Source of the DNA: Monocercomonoides exilis PA203
Taxonomy: Eukaryota > Protista > Preaxostyla
DNA: 64,000 nt
Assembly (NCBI GenBank): GCA_001643675.2
Contig: LSRY02000035.1
Coordinates: 372,001-436,000, forward strand
Reading direction: 5' to 3'
The notes below the pieces were generated by a model. It saw only the letters and a list, made by a program, of their open reading frames with translations, was not told the origin of the DNA and did no database searches. Below, piece after piece: positions 50,679 to 62,170 of this stretch (its first letter is position 1; each line of letters begins with the position of its first letter). The position numbers and the translations under genes are program-made.

Positions 50679-52661
50679 CTATTCATCTTCATTTTCAGAC
50701 TCTTCATAGACTTCTTCAACATCTTCATCATTTACGTAATAATAATTAGACCATGAATAATTAAATCGAATCTTTGAATATTCATTTGAGGACATTTCAC
50801 ATGCATCTAAACAATCTTTCAGAAATGCAAACAATTCCTCTCCTTTAAATTTCGATTCCAAATTATCATCAAATTGCGCTTTTGTATCTTTCACTCTCTT
50901 TTCATTCTCTTTTTTATCTTCTCTTCCCATTTCATTATAATCGAGATCTGCATCTGCGAACAAGGCACAAACTGGACAAATGTTTGGATCACACTTTGCG
51001 TTCAGCCTTCTTCTTATTCGTTCATCCTTCTGTGCTGTGACAATATCTTCTGATAGATTATGAGCAAAATGCGCATTCAACATGTCAATAACGCCTTCTT
51101 CTTCGCATGCTTCAGCCAATATTGCTTTTAACTCTCTGCGTAAAGACTGGGGAAGACATGAGTAATTTCTTGCGTCTTCTCGATAAACATTCACATGAAG
51201 TGGACGTATTCGTGCGCTCGATGACAAGCATGCCCATCCATTCAAAAGTGCCTTTGACGCCTCCAATTTCATCTTATCGTTATCAGAGTCGCACAACAGA
51301 AAAGCTATTCTTCTCATGATGTCTCCTCTCATGCATCGGGAGATTGATTCATTAGTCTGCTTCTCAAGCCAACATCTGATGAACATAACAGCACAAATCT
51401 GAAACTTTTTGATCATTTTTTGGATGCTTTTCTCTTCACAAAATAGTCCATCAATCATGCGTTGGAAGTTAGCCCCACCAGAAGAATAAATATCAGAGCA
51501 ATTTGCACCAAAAAATTTGCTTCCTGGAAAAATAGCCTTCCATTCTTCTTCAGTCCAACTTCCAAACAAATAACAAAAGACTTTCTCCATAATTCTTTCC
51601 TGACAAGTGAAAATATGAGCATATGCATTAACATGTTGAGTTGAAAGCATGCACAAGCATTCGAAGGCTTTTAATGCGATGCTGCAAATTGCTCCTCGGG
51701 AGTATATAGGTGGAATCCAGTCAGAAAAATTGCATTTTGATGATTCAATTGACCCTGGCTTGAAATTGAATGCATTTGGATCTGGTACAAACGAATCAAG
51801 AGTTAATATGCTGCTCGTTTTAACTGTATCACCAAGTTTCAAATAAACTTTTAGTGCTGATAATTTTGTCGTCATTTTTAATGTTTCAATAATTACAGAG
51901 TGAATTTTCTTTGACAAAAGTCCATGCAACCACTTCCCAACCAATGCACAGAGGGCCTCTCCAATATACGGAGTTGCTCCTGAGAAAATAAATTAATAAA
52001 AAAATTTAAAATTAGTTTTTACAATTAAAAAGGATCGCTGATTATTAAAGGAAGCAATACCGGAATCGATACTGATAAATCTGTAATAAGCGATTGTATT
52101 TAAGCAAATGTCTTCGTCATCACAGTCATACAAATCAACAAGCTCATCTTCAGCAGTATCACATCTTTCTTCTCCTGTGAACAGAGACATAGATTTTACC
52201 AGTCTTTTTGCTGATTCGGAAAGATTTTCCATATCCATTTCGCACATTCCTTCTTCATAATTACTAGAAAGACATAAAAGTCTAGACATTCCCCCAAGGA
52301 CACGAGTTGCTAATTCTTCACGAGGACTTTGAATAGTTCCACAGATGTTTTTCAATTTTTCAATCATCTCATCATCTTGATAACCAAGAGAAAAGTCTAA
52401 AAGCTTTGGCTTTATTAATTTCATCAAGTGATAAAATCTTCTCAGTAACGGCTCAATTTCTCCAGCTTCTTTAATCCTTATTTCTGTTGAAAAGAGAAAA
52501 CAAAATATTTGATTGTTAAAAGTCTGAAGTTACAAAGAATAGACAAATATATAAATACCACTTTTCAGATAATCAATCTCTTCACTCACTGAAAAACTTC
52601 CCATCTTAGTGAAACAATTTGAAGATTCCCTTTTTAAATCTAACGCTTTCGACATCAACAT
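50679..52661 (-). CDS. Hypothetical protein, probably alpha-helical/ARM-like and lineage-specific, 3 exons
   Basis: ATG 52661 exon, ORF 51993-52427 and ORF 50679-51944 join in frame through two GT-AG introns. No recognisable catalytic motif. Confidence 0.6.
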
Positions 52662-54171
52662 GAACGCTTAATTATAAATCAACTGCAGAAATTTCAAGTA
52701 TGGGATAATATGATTGTTTTTATTAATCAATTAATATGACTCTAATCCGTTGAAATTAAAAGCTAATGTATAGAAGTCATCTTTAATCGATGAACATGTC
52801 TTTCTGATTTCACCATAATATTTTTTTTGATCGAAACAAAAAATCAAATAAAGACTATTCGTTGAAAGAGAAGTGGGAATTGCATTTATGAATGCCAACG
52901 CATTATAATCATCAGAGCATGAAGAATGAGAAACTCGAGACTTGAGGAAAATAGTTGCAGATAATAATGTTTAAAATAACGTTGAATGGAAACTGAGAAG
53001 AAAATGCTTTCAACAGATAATAAACCGAGAAAGATCAGTGAAAATTGTTTCATTTACAGTGAATTTTAATGAGCAACATCTTCTCTTGCTGAAAATGTGT
53101 CGGAAAAAGAAAAACTCTTCAAAATATAGAGATTTGCTTTTGACGAATGTTTTGGAAAAGATTTGGACAAGGGATTTGAACTTCTTGACGATAATGGATA
53201 TTCAAATATTATGTTCCAGGAGAAGAAACAGTTATAAAATTTAAACAAAGACAAAAATTTTGAAAGCACAAAGATAACCGAAAAAATGAAAAAACTATTC
53301 ATATTTGAAGATGAAGTTCGTTTTTTCAGAAGTAAAAAGGATTAATATTAAAGAATTTTGATGCAATAAGAAAAATGTTGTCAAAGGTCAGATAAAAAAG
53401 AGCCAGCCAATCAGTTTAAAATTTAAATCCCTTGATTGAGAAATGACAAAATGGATGTTGAAGAGGACGATCTGACGAAAGTTGCAGAAGCAAATGTCAC
53501 ATTGAAAGAAAAAAAGAAAAATAGGTTTGCTCTCAGTTAAAGATGATTATAACAGTTGATGAAGTGAGAGAAAAGAGATGTAAACTTGAATGGTCCAGTG
53601 CTTCCTCAACACGAAAGAATGGCCAACAAGATACGTCAAGAAATAAAAAAAAGAAGAACGAAAACCGAAAAAGGGATAAATCTAGGATTAAGCAAAAATC
53701 GACCAAGTTCTGTATTCCAACGAGAAATACACATGATACAAAACGACATCAACAGAAAAATGTGTAAATAAAATGGTTTTCATTTGGAAATAATGATCTA
53801 TTTAAATGGAGCGCTCATTTGTTCGCGAGCATCCGGCAAAAATTCTGCTTCTCATGCATCATGGAAATATCTGCACAATTATCTCCAACTTCTCCTCCAT
53901 TCAGTCTGACTGATTGTGATATATTTGTCTCCAAGAAATATATTTTTTGTTCTTTGCTTGCCTCTGAATAAGAAGAAATGACACGAGTGATATGTTATTC
54001 GGATTTTGAAATATTCGTCTGCTATGCTTCAATTACCAAAATGGAATATATTGCAGCCCAATATCAAATATACTTTGAAGCCAAACAAATATGCGTTTTC
54101 AGCGCAAAGAAACGTGATATCAACAATTTTTTTTTATTTTTTTGAAAAGTCATTGGCAAATGTATATTATA

Positions 54172-54606
54172 GGGGAACACGAATTTTTCAAATTTTTTAT
54201 TTTTAACGAATTCTATATAGTATAAGAATCATTTATTAATTATAAAAAATTTGAGATCATCTAATTTTTTGATAAATAATAATCAAGGATTCTTTATATT
54301 TATGGGATAGATCAATAAATTTTCATGTTATTTAAGAGTGCTAACCCCAAAAAGAAGAACGGGAACAAACCATAAACCCAAGATTTGTTACGCAAACACT
54401 AGAACCTAAACAAATCTATTAATGTGGAGATTATTTTAGAATTTTAACCCAAATTATTAAAAAAATACTGGGTCAGATCAAAATGATTTGATAGAAAAAA
54501 AGAAATTTTTATGAATGATGATCTCAAATTTTAATTAATTTATAAATGATTCTTATACAATGTTATTTCCGTTTATTATAAAGATTTTGAAAAATTCGTG
54601 TTCCCC
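54172..54606. mobile_element. MITE-like foldback element, 435 bp, with ~90-bp imperfect inverted arms
   Basis: GGGGAACACGAATTTTTCAAA at 54172 is the reverse complement of TTTGAAAAATTCGTGTTCCCC ending at 54606. Further paired blocks are gtataagaatcatttat/ataaatgattcttatac and aaatttgagatcatc/gatgatctcaaattt. Confidence 0.7.
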
Positions 54607-54959
54607 AATCATCTCCTTTTGCCAAGTCATTTCTCATGCATATGTGAATACATAAGCCTTTTTGCAAGTTTTATTCGATAAAACTCAAAATAAAATCACT
54701 TTCATGATTTTTTCCCCCGTTTTTGAGAAAATAAACAGTATAGAACGATGCGCTTGTTAATTAATTAAAAGTTGATTTTAACGATGGACTTGGATTTAAG
54801 CCAAATGAAAAATATAACTCTTAAACGATATTTAAAACAAGAAACTGAAGGTTTGTATCAAATAATGTGTTTTTTATTAAAGTGAAAATGCATTTATTTG
54901 CAATAACATTGTGTTTTTTTATATGAAGAAGAAGACAATTGCACATTCAATAAATATGA

Positions 54960-57340
54960 GCTTTGCAGCATAGGCCGAGTTATCAAGTGCCTTCAACATT
55001 TTCCGGTTTAACCTTTTTAAAATCTTTTTGTTTTTCGTTGAATTTTTCATGTTATTATTTATTTTTTTGATGCACGAAAAAAGAAAAGGAGAAGCAGCGG
55101 AAACAATGAAGAATGAATGAAGTTCCATCGACAGCTATGCATGTCGTGATGTTGTGATCAATCCTCCTTCTCCATTTGCTGGATACGACATCCTTGAAGA
55201 ATTGAAAGCACAGATTGTGCAAATGCGATGGATTTTCATCTTACGATTGCAAACGTCTTTAATCAGCTTGAAGATGCACATTCGAATAATATTTTCCCTT
55301 GCTCGAGTTTATTTTCATATGTTTTCCCTTTCACATTTGTTTTTGAAGTTCATGATCCTTCGAAGCCAACAGAAATTGAAGTAAAAATAACAGAGTCTCT
55401 TGTCGATGGAGCAACAAAGAAATTTATAGATGAAGGCGCAATTAATGTGACTGGAAAAGAAGTTGTAAAGAAAAATTATTCTGATTTGGATGACTCTGAA
55501 AATTTGAATCCTGAAATGGTAACTTCAAAATGGGAAGATAAATTCGATAAATCTTCTCGAACCCCTGTTGCCCGATTTGCGTATATGTTGACTCAATTTG
55601 AATTCAACTCAAGAGATTTTTCTTATTTTCCGATTCCAGAAGGAGAAATAGGATTAACAATAAAAACTGATAATAGGAAACAGACAGTGAACGTTCCGCT
55701 TTATGGATTATCATTAAAGATATTTCATCTGTTAATGATATGCTTTCCACAAAATGCTTTCTTCAAGATAAAATTCAAAGCAACAATATGACTGAGCAAA
55801 CAAACGGGGAGCAGCACTTTTTGAGACTGATGAAAAACACTTCCAATCAGTTATATATACGCATTAGTGCGACACATTGTTCCAGAAAATATGCGAATGT
55901 ATATGGAAATCATTAGAGCTGGGAAAAGCGTTCAGCATGAATTCAGAAAAATAGAAACTTCAATTATTTAAAGAAATGCGTAGAAAAGTGGAGAAGATAA
56001 TATGTGATCAATTAGCTCTTCAACACATACAGAGAAAGTGTAAGAGAAGAAAACTAACAATAAAATAGAGAGAGGATGAAAATATCAGTAAATGGGAAAC
56101 AAAAACAGACAAAAGTTATGAAATTGCTGTCAACTGTACCTCCCATGAAGAAAAAATTCACCTGAAAGGAATATAAAAACTGCACATGTTATCATTGGAG
56201 TAATTGATTCGTTCAAAGTGGGCTAAATTTTCAATCGAACTTTTGAACTTGATTCAATTGAAGAAAAAGCAAAGTGGTTTGATTGCATCGTTGAATGAAT
56301 TTCATTCATATGAGATAAACAATGCAAGCTTGTTATTGATTTGCGCACAAAATGAGACGGTTTTTTTTTTGTTTTGTTTTCCTAAAGATAATAAAAATTT
56401 TTGTTCCCAGAAGAATGGCCTTTATTTCCCACGAAAACTGTTGTTGCTTAAGAATTTTCAAAAAGTTGTTTAAAATTGATTTCGCAACCCACTTTGGAGT
56501 TCACAACCGAACTAATAACACAAGAGTTGATGAATGACTTGTTCGAAAATACAAAGAAAACAGTGACATTGCAGATGGAGACTGAAACGAGTGATGATAA
56601 GACTGGATATATAAATTTGAAGCAGACTCAGAACGTGTATAACAACAATTTATGCAGAAAACACCTTTGACTCATAGAAATGTGAGGATGTTTCCCCTGT
56701 GCGATATTATGTATTAACTGATGGAACTTGCGGATCTGTTTGCTGAGTATTCCAAAAGCTGCTGAAGGAGAAGAAGCTGGGAAAAGTTGTGGGATTTGAA
56801 GGTGTTTTGTCAGGATGTGATATTCCACTTGATGTTGGGTCGTTTGCAAGAGGCGATATGCTGACTTCATGATGCGTTGAAGAACATCGACCTAAAAGCA
56901 GAGCGAAGAATGAGAAAACACAGAACCCAAATTTTACAAATGAAAATGTGTTTCATTATTCTGGAAAAGTGCCCCATCTTTTGACAAATATAAAAATTTC
57001 GTCTTCTTCATTGTTTGACACTTATTGGAATACTCCAAACAAGCGTCTTGAATTTGAAATGATCGATCCAAATGAAATATTTTTGATCTTTGAAGACAGG
57101 ATATTCGGGTTTGATTTTGGGTATTATTAAAACGGTTGAGGAAGTTCAGTCCTCATTTGCCAATTGCTGCAATTGGTAGGTCAAAGACAACAATGTCTGC
57201 TCAATTCTAAGAAGCTACGAGCATGCTGTGCTTGGGAACACAAGCACTTCAGGATCGTTTGATGAGAACCAATACAAGATGTCTTGCTGCGAACGTGGAT
57301 ATTCCTTGAATTGGGAAGGAATATTCCAGAAGTGTCCGTT
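54960..57340 (+). pseudogene. Peptidase S41-family pseudogene, copy 1
   Basis: DFHLTIANVFNQLEDAH and the catalytic-region motif VLTDGTCGSVC*VFQKLL..GKVVGF (~56711-56800). Multiple stops and frameshifts. Confidence 0.7.
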
Positions 57341-59030
57341 AATGGGACCTAGTGAATATCATGTGGATGATCCTATTTGTAAGTTTCCTCAAATAGTGCC
57401 TAGCCGTGCTGACCGTTTAATTGATTGCTTGAAACAGCTTCCGTTGATAAAAATGAAGCAGCGAAGACATTGAAGTCTATTCGAGGATATTTGGATATGC
57501 ATGCTTATAGAGATATAATGGCTTATCCTCCTGCACCATTCAAGAGCGATTAATTTGACATTTTGACAGAGCTGGACAAAATAGAAAAGACAGAATACAC
57601 ATCTGGACAGGACTTCCACAATGCTATTGGATTGGGATTTTCAAAGATGAAAGATTCTGTTTCGATTTATCAATTTCCATGCTCTCAGTTGTTTGCGTTT
57701 GCTTTGCCTTATAATTTCAAATTTGAAATTCCAGATCCATCTAAGCCAGATGAGATTATTGTGAAATTTGTGGAATTGTTGCCTTTGGTTACTTTGATAT
57801 ATGAAAAGGATATAGGAAAAAGTTATAAAGAAAGAATTGTGACAAAAAATACAATGGATGATTAAGCAGAAGAAGAGAACGAGGAGCCAGAAGTGACAAT
57901 TTCACGATGGCGCCTTGAAAATATTCCATTTACAAAATGATCAGCTGCACAGTTGAATTGTGCAAAAGAAAAGCATTTTGCCATTCGATCACTGACTCAT
58001 ATGCAGTTATGGATGGAAGTGTGAAAGTTTCGAAAAAGACAGACGATGGGGGAACAGAGACAGTTCCCTTGTATTGGTACGGGATGTCCACTTTAGAGAT
58101 AAGAAGTTCCGGAGCATTGCATGACTATTAATGCAAAGCAGCTAGCTCCACATCGAATGATGAGAAAGGATGGAAAGCATCCGATGAAGAAGGTGTTAAG
58201 CAGCTGCAAAAGTCGTTGCTGTCTTCATAGATGCCTCAGAAATAGATGATTGACGAATACAAATAGTCTGATAACATGAGCAATAACATCTGAAAAAGCA
58301 AGATGATTTGGAGACCCGGAAAATGCGAGAGAAATATACAAATGATACTCAGTTCATTAATGTATTTGAGAAGTTTATTGCGAACAAGCCTCTTCGTTCA
58401 ATGCTTGCCAAATATCGTATTATTCATCATCCATTGGGGCATCTTCTTCCTCCAACAGTTCAGGAATTGCATAAATAAATGGAGCAAGATAACCAGGAGA
58501 TGGAAGCTGAATCAAAGAGGAGACAGTCTCGATCTAACGATGCAGTGGAAGTCAAAGAGATTGGAGAAATACCCAATGTTATTCATGGTGTTGTGATTCC
58601 TGGGTGGAAGATCGGATATTGCAGCATCAAGAGCTTTTCAGTCAGTGCTAAAGAAGATTTTTCGAAATTTGTTCAAATAGTTGTGAATGTTGTTCAAGAA
58701 GCTAAACACTACAACTTTAAGATGGCACTTGATGTTAGGGGAAATAAAGGAAGATCAATCATTCTTTGTTTGATTGAGTGTCATTGTCTTTTTTCACAGA
58801 CATTTCCTTTTAAATCTCGTTCCAAATACGTACGAGGCAAGTCATATGATGCATTTGTTTCCGCATTGACAGATAGTGAAACATCACTGTTAACAGATTA
58901 TAAAGCGTTGGATGATATCGATAAAAGACTCAAAGTGTGTGAAAAGACAGTGATGCCTCCACTTGCAAAAGAATAAAGTCAACTGACAAAAAAGAAGCTG
59001 TCAATGGGTGCATTTGTGGATATTTCTGTA
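57341..59030 (+). pseudogene. Peptidase S41-family pseudogene, copy 2 (3'-truncated)
   Basis: LIDCLKQLP, AYRDIMAYPPAPF, DFHNAIGLGFSKMKD, IGYCSIKSF and ALDVRGNKG (the DxRxNxGG motif). Collinear with copy 1 (DPSKPxEI shared) and contains stops and frameshifts. Confidence 0.7.
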
Positions 59031-59253
59031 AGTGTCCCAATTTTTTAAATCATCATTGTTATCATAAAAATAGTTTGTTAATGTTAAAAAAAGGATTAGC
59101 ATGCATCTTTGAGAATTGTATTTATGATCAATAAAAAACATTAACTTTTGCTTATTTTCTTTTTTTAAAGAAAAAAATTGGCTATATTTGAAACTTTAAC
59201 TATTTAGTTAAATTGTGTTTCGATTTTGAGTAATATATTTTTCTGTTCATCTA

Positions 59254-60855
59254 CAGTCTGTCCGTAATTAATGTTGATCTGTCCGAAAATAATGTTGATC
59301 ATACCATCAACAGTATTGCAAACGAACACCCAATATTGAATGATGCGAGAATTGTTGCTCAATTCTAAGTTACTCATGTGTTTTTTGAAATGTTGATTGT
59401 GTTCTTATATTATCAAGTAATGGATTAGGAAAGGTTTGCAAATTGTTATTCATTTCATTTCATTTCATTTATCAATAAATTTAATTTGTAATTCTATTTC
59501 TTTTTTATATGGGACAAAATATTTCGCTTCAAGCATTTTCATTGAATAATTATGTACTTTTCATTAACTTTTTTATATCAAAGAACACAACAAAAATGGG
59601 TCCATTTTTTGAAATTAGTGGAATGCTGGAAAATTTAAGTTATGATTTCAACGATTCCTGTTTTCGGATATGAAAATCAAATTTGTTTTTGAAATCTGAG
59701 AAAGTATAATAAAGTTATGAGTGAAGCAATTTTTCAAATATTTGTGCAAAAAAAGCTTGAAAGTCCGTATTTTCCCCCATATCTTACAAACAAAGCAGAA
59801 TTAGCGAAATAACGAAAGAGATCAAATGAGAAGTTGACAAAGCAATCGTTTATCACAAAATTGAAGTCAAGTATTTTGAAAAATGAGAAAATGTGTTTAC
59901 GAATTTTCGCACAATATATGCTGCAATTTATTCATGAAGTCGCAATTTCTTGAAGTTTGTTTAAGATGTATTGTTTTTTATCTTTCATATTCATCTTTTT
60001 TGAATGGAAAATCAATTGGAAAGGTGGTGAAAATAGAACTATTTCATTTGATTATCATTAAGCATTATAAGGAAGTTTTTTATTTAAGTTGAGCAAAACA
60101 CGAATCAGGCATTTGAGGCTATTCCATTTGAATGTTTTTTTCATCAGATTTTTGTAATAATTGTTAAATTTGATTGATTCTTTTTTTTTCAATTACTTTT
60201 TGTCACTTTGTAATAAAATTTTCAAGTATTTTATCATGTTGTTTATGTTTATATGTTGCATTTTAATTCGTTAAACAATATTTGGCATTTTCAGGATTTG
60301 ATTTTTGTAATACATTTATTTCATGCTCCATTTTTTGTTGAAAAGCTTAAAAGAGTAGATTTAAACGATAATTAACAAATAATTAATTGTGTTATCATTA
60401 TCTGATGCAATAATTTTGGTCATAGTTGTTTGAAATGAATTCAATGAAAACAAAATTCAAACAAAAAACATGAAAGGTTTTTTTTTTCCAAAAAATAGAA
60501 TATTCATAAAAACTTAACAATTTAAGTTGTCGGAATCAAAATTCAATTCGTGAAACGAGTTGAGATTCACGAGCACTTTCTAGGTAGATAGATAACCAGA
60601 TAGATTGATAATTAACAAATATTCTGTTATAGAACAATATAATCTTTAAATAAACAAAATGAAAACAAAAAACAAACAATGTTAATCACACCTATACAGA
60701 AAAAAAAAGTTATCGCTCCATCACCCACTTGAGTTCAAAAATTCTTATTTATCCAAAATCAAATAAATTAAAAATATGGCTTATCATTTGAATTAATAAG
60801 CATGGTATGATCAACATTATTTTCGGACAGATCAACATTAATTACGGACAGACTG
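59254..60855. mobile_element. Non-autonomous DNA transposon, 1,602 bp, with perfect 54-bp TIRs (CAGT..ACTG) and TA target-site duplication (Tc1/mariner-pogo type)
   Basis: 59254-59307 CAGTCTGTCCGTAATTAATGTTGATCTGTCCGAAAATAATGTTGATCATACCAT is the exact reverse complement of 60802-60855. TA sits at 59252-59253 and 60856-60857. No long ORF inside. Confidence 0.93.
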
Positions 60856-60940
60856 TATTTCAAAAATTCCCACAATTATTTAATCAATGATTTTTATAAT
60901 GGTTACATGAAAAAGATTTTTTTAAAAAACAATAAATTAA

Positions 60941-61587
60941 ATGGGATTACTTTTGTCAAAGATTGTGAACATATTTGGAAAATCCGAAAAAAGTGTATTT
61001 ATGATTGGATTGGATGGTTTGAATGAAATTGATTCATTTGTGAAATGAAATCTTGTGATAATTATGTTTTTTTACCAATTCCAATGACAGCCGCTGGAAA
61101 AACTTCAATTTTGTACAGACTAAAGCTGAATGAATTTGTTCATGCAACTCCGACAATTGGATTCAACATGGAAAATGTTCGTTACAAAAGATTTACACTT
61201 ACAATTTGTGATGCTGGGGGAAACAAAAGAATAAAACCTCTCATGTATCGTTCCTGCAAAGGAAAAGATGCGATTATTATTGTTGTGGACAGTGTGGATA
61301 TTTCTCGCATTGCTTGTACAACGATGGAATGCGGAGATTGTTTGAAGGAAGAGCTTCACTATTTTCTCCAACAAAAAGAAGCAGGAAATTTTCCACTTTT
61401 GATATATGCGAACAAGCAAGATATGGCCGGGGCTGTTAGTCCAGAATATATACGGGAAAAGCTGGAACTTGATAGTCTTTGTGCAGGGAGATCTTGGTTC
61501 ATTCAGCCTTGCTCTGCTTTAACAGGGGACGGACTTCTTGGAGGATTAGAATGGCTTGCGAATGAGTTTTCTCACAAACGAAAATAG
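60941..61587 (+). CDS. Divergent ADP-ribosylation factor (Arf)-family GTPase, 2 exons (intron 61017-61090)
   Basis: MG myristoylation start, spliced P-loop GLDAAGKT, PTIGFNME, DAGG, ANKQD and WFIQPCSALTGDGLLGGLEWL. Confidence 0.92.
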
Positions 61588-62170
61588 AATTATTGACAAA
61601 AAGTTTATTTTCAATATTTTTTAAGGGGGAAAATAGTTTTAAAGGATAATTTTTAAAAAGAATTAGTAAAATTTTTTGTTTATTGAACGTTTGATTTATG
61701 TTTTCAAGTTAAATATTGGTGAAGCTTATTGTTGTTTTTTGTTGGAGTTTTCTTTTCCTTTTAATTTTCACTTTCTTCCTTTTTATAACGAGTGATTTTT
61801 TCTTTGAGCGCTTCTCACCTTGTTTTTGAGCGAGATGAGGGATTTTGTTGATGGATATCATTTTTTGTTTCATCACTTCTTTCAAATGAGATTTCGTTCT
61901 TTCTAATTTGACTCTGCAAAGAGGTTGTTTGTGCCTTTATATATTGCTCCTTTCTCTTTTTGTTCATTTTTTGTGATGAATTTGAGAGGTTTGATTTTTG
62001 TGTTTGATTGACAAAGCTTGACGCCAATGAATTCGATTCAATTTGACAGAGATATTTGTATGTTTATTTTTGAAAAGGTGAATTGGATAATAAATCAAAT
62101 ATCTCTCTTATTATAACAACAAATATTTTGTTTTTCTTATTAAAGAAAGAATTATATGATAGATCAATAA

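Noticed and set aside
48685-59030. In-frame TAA/TAG/TGA as a sign of a reassigned genetic code or selenocysteine
   Set aside because: Intact genes end at TAG, TAA and TGA, and multi-kb ORFs contain none internally. The interrupted regions also have frameshifts, so they are pseudogenes.
59254-59307. 21-bp direct repeats as a CRISPR-like array
   Set aside because: Only two adjacent units with no spacers. They are part of a TIR in a eukaryotic genome.
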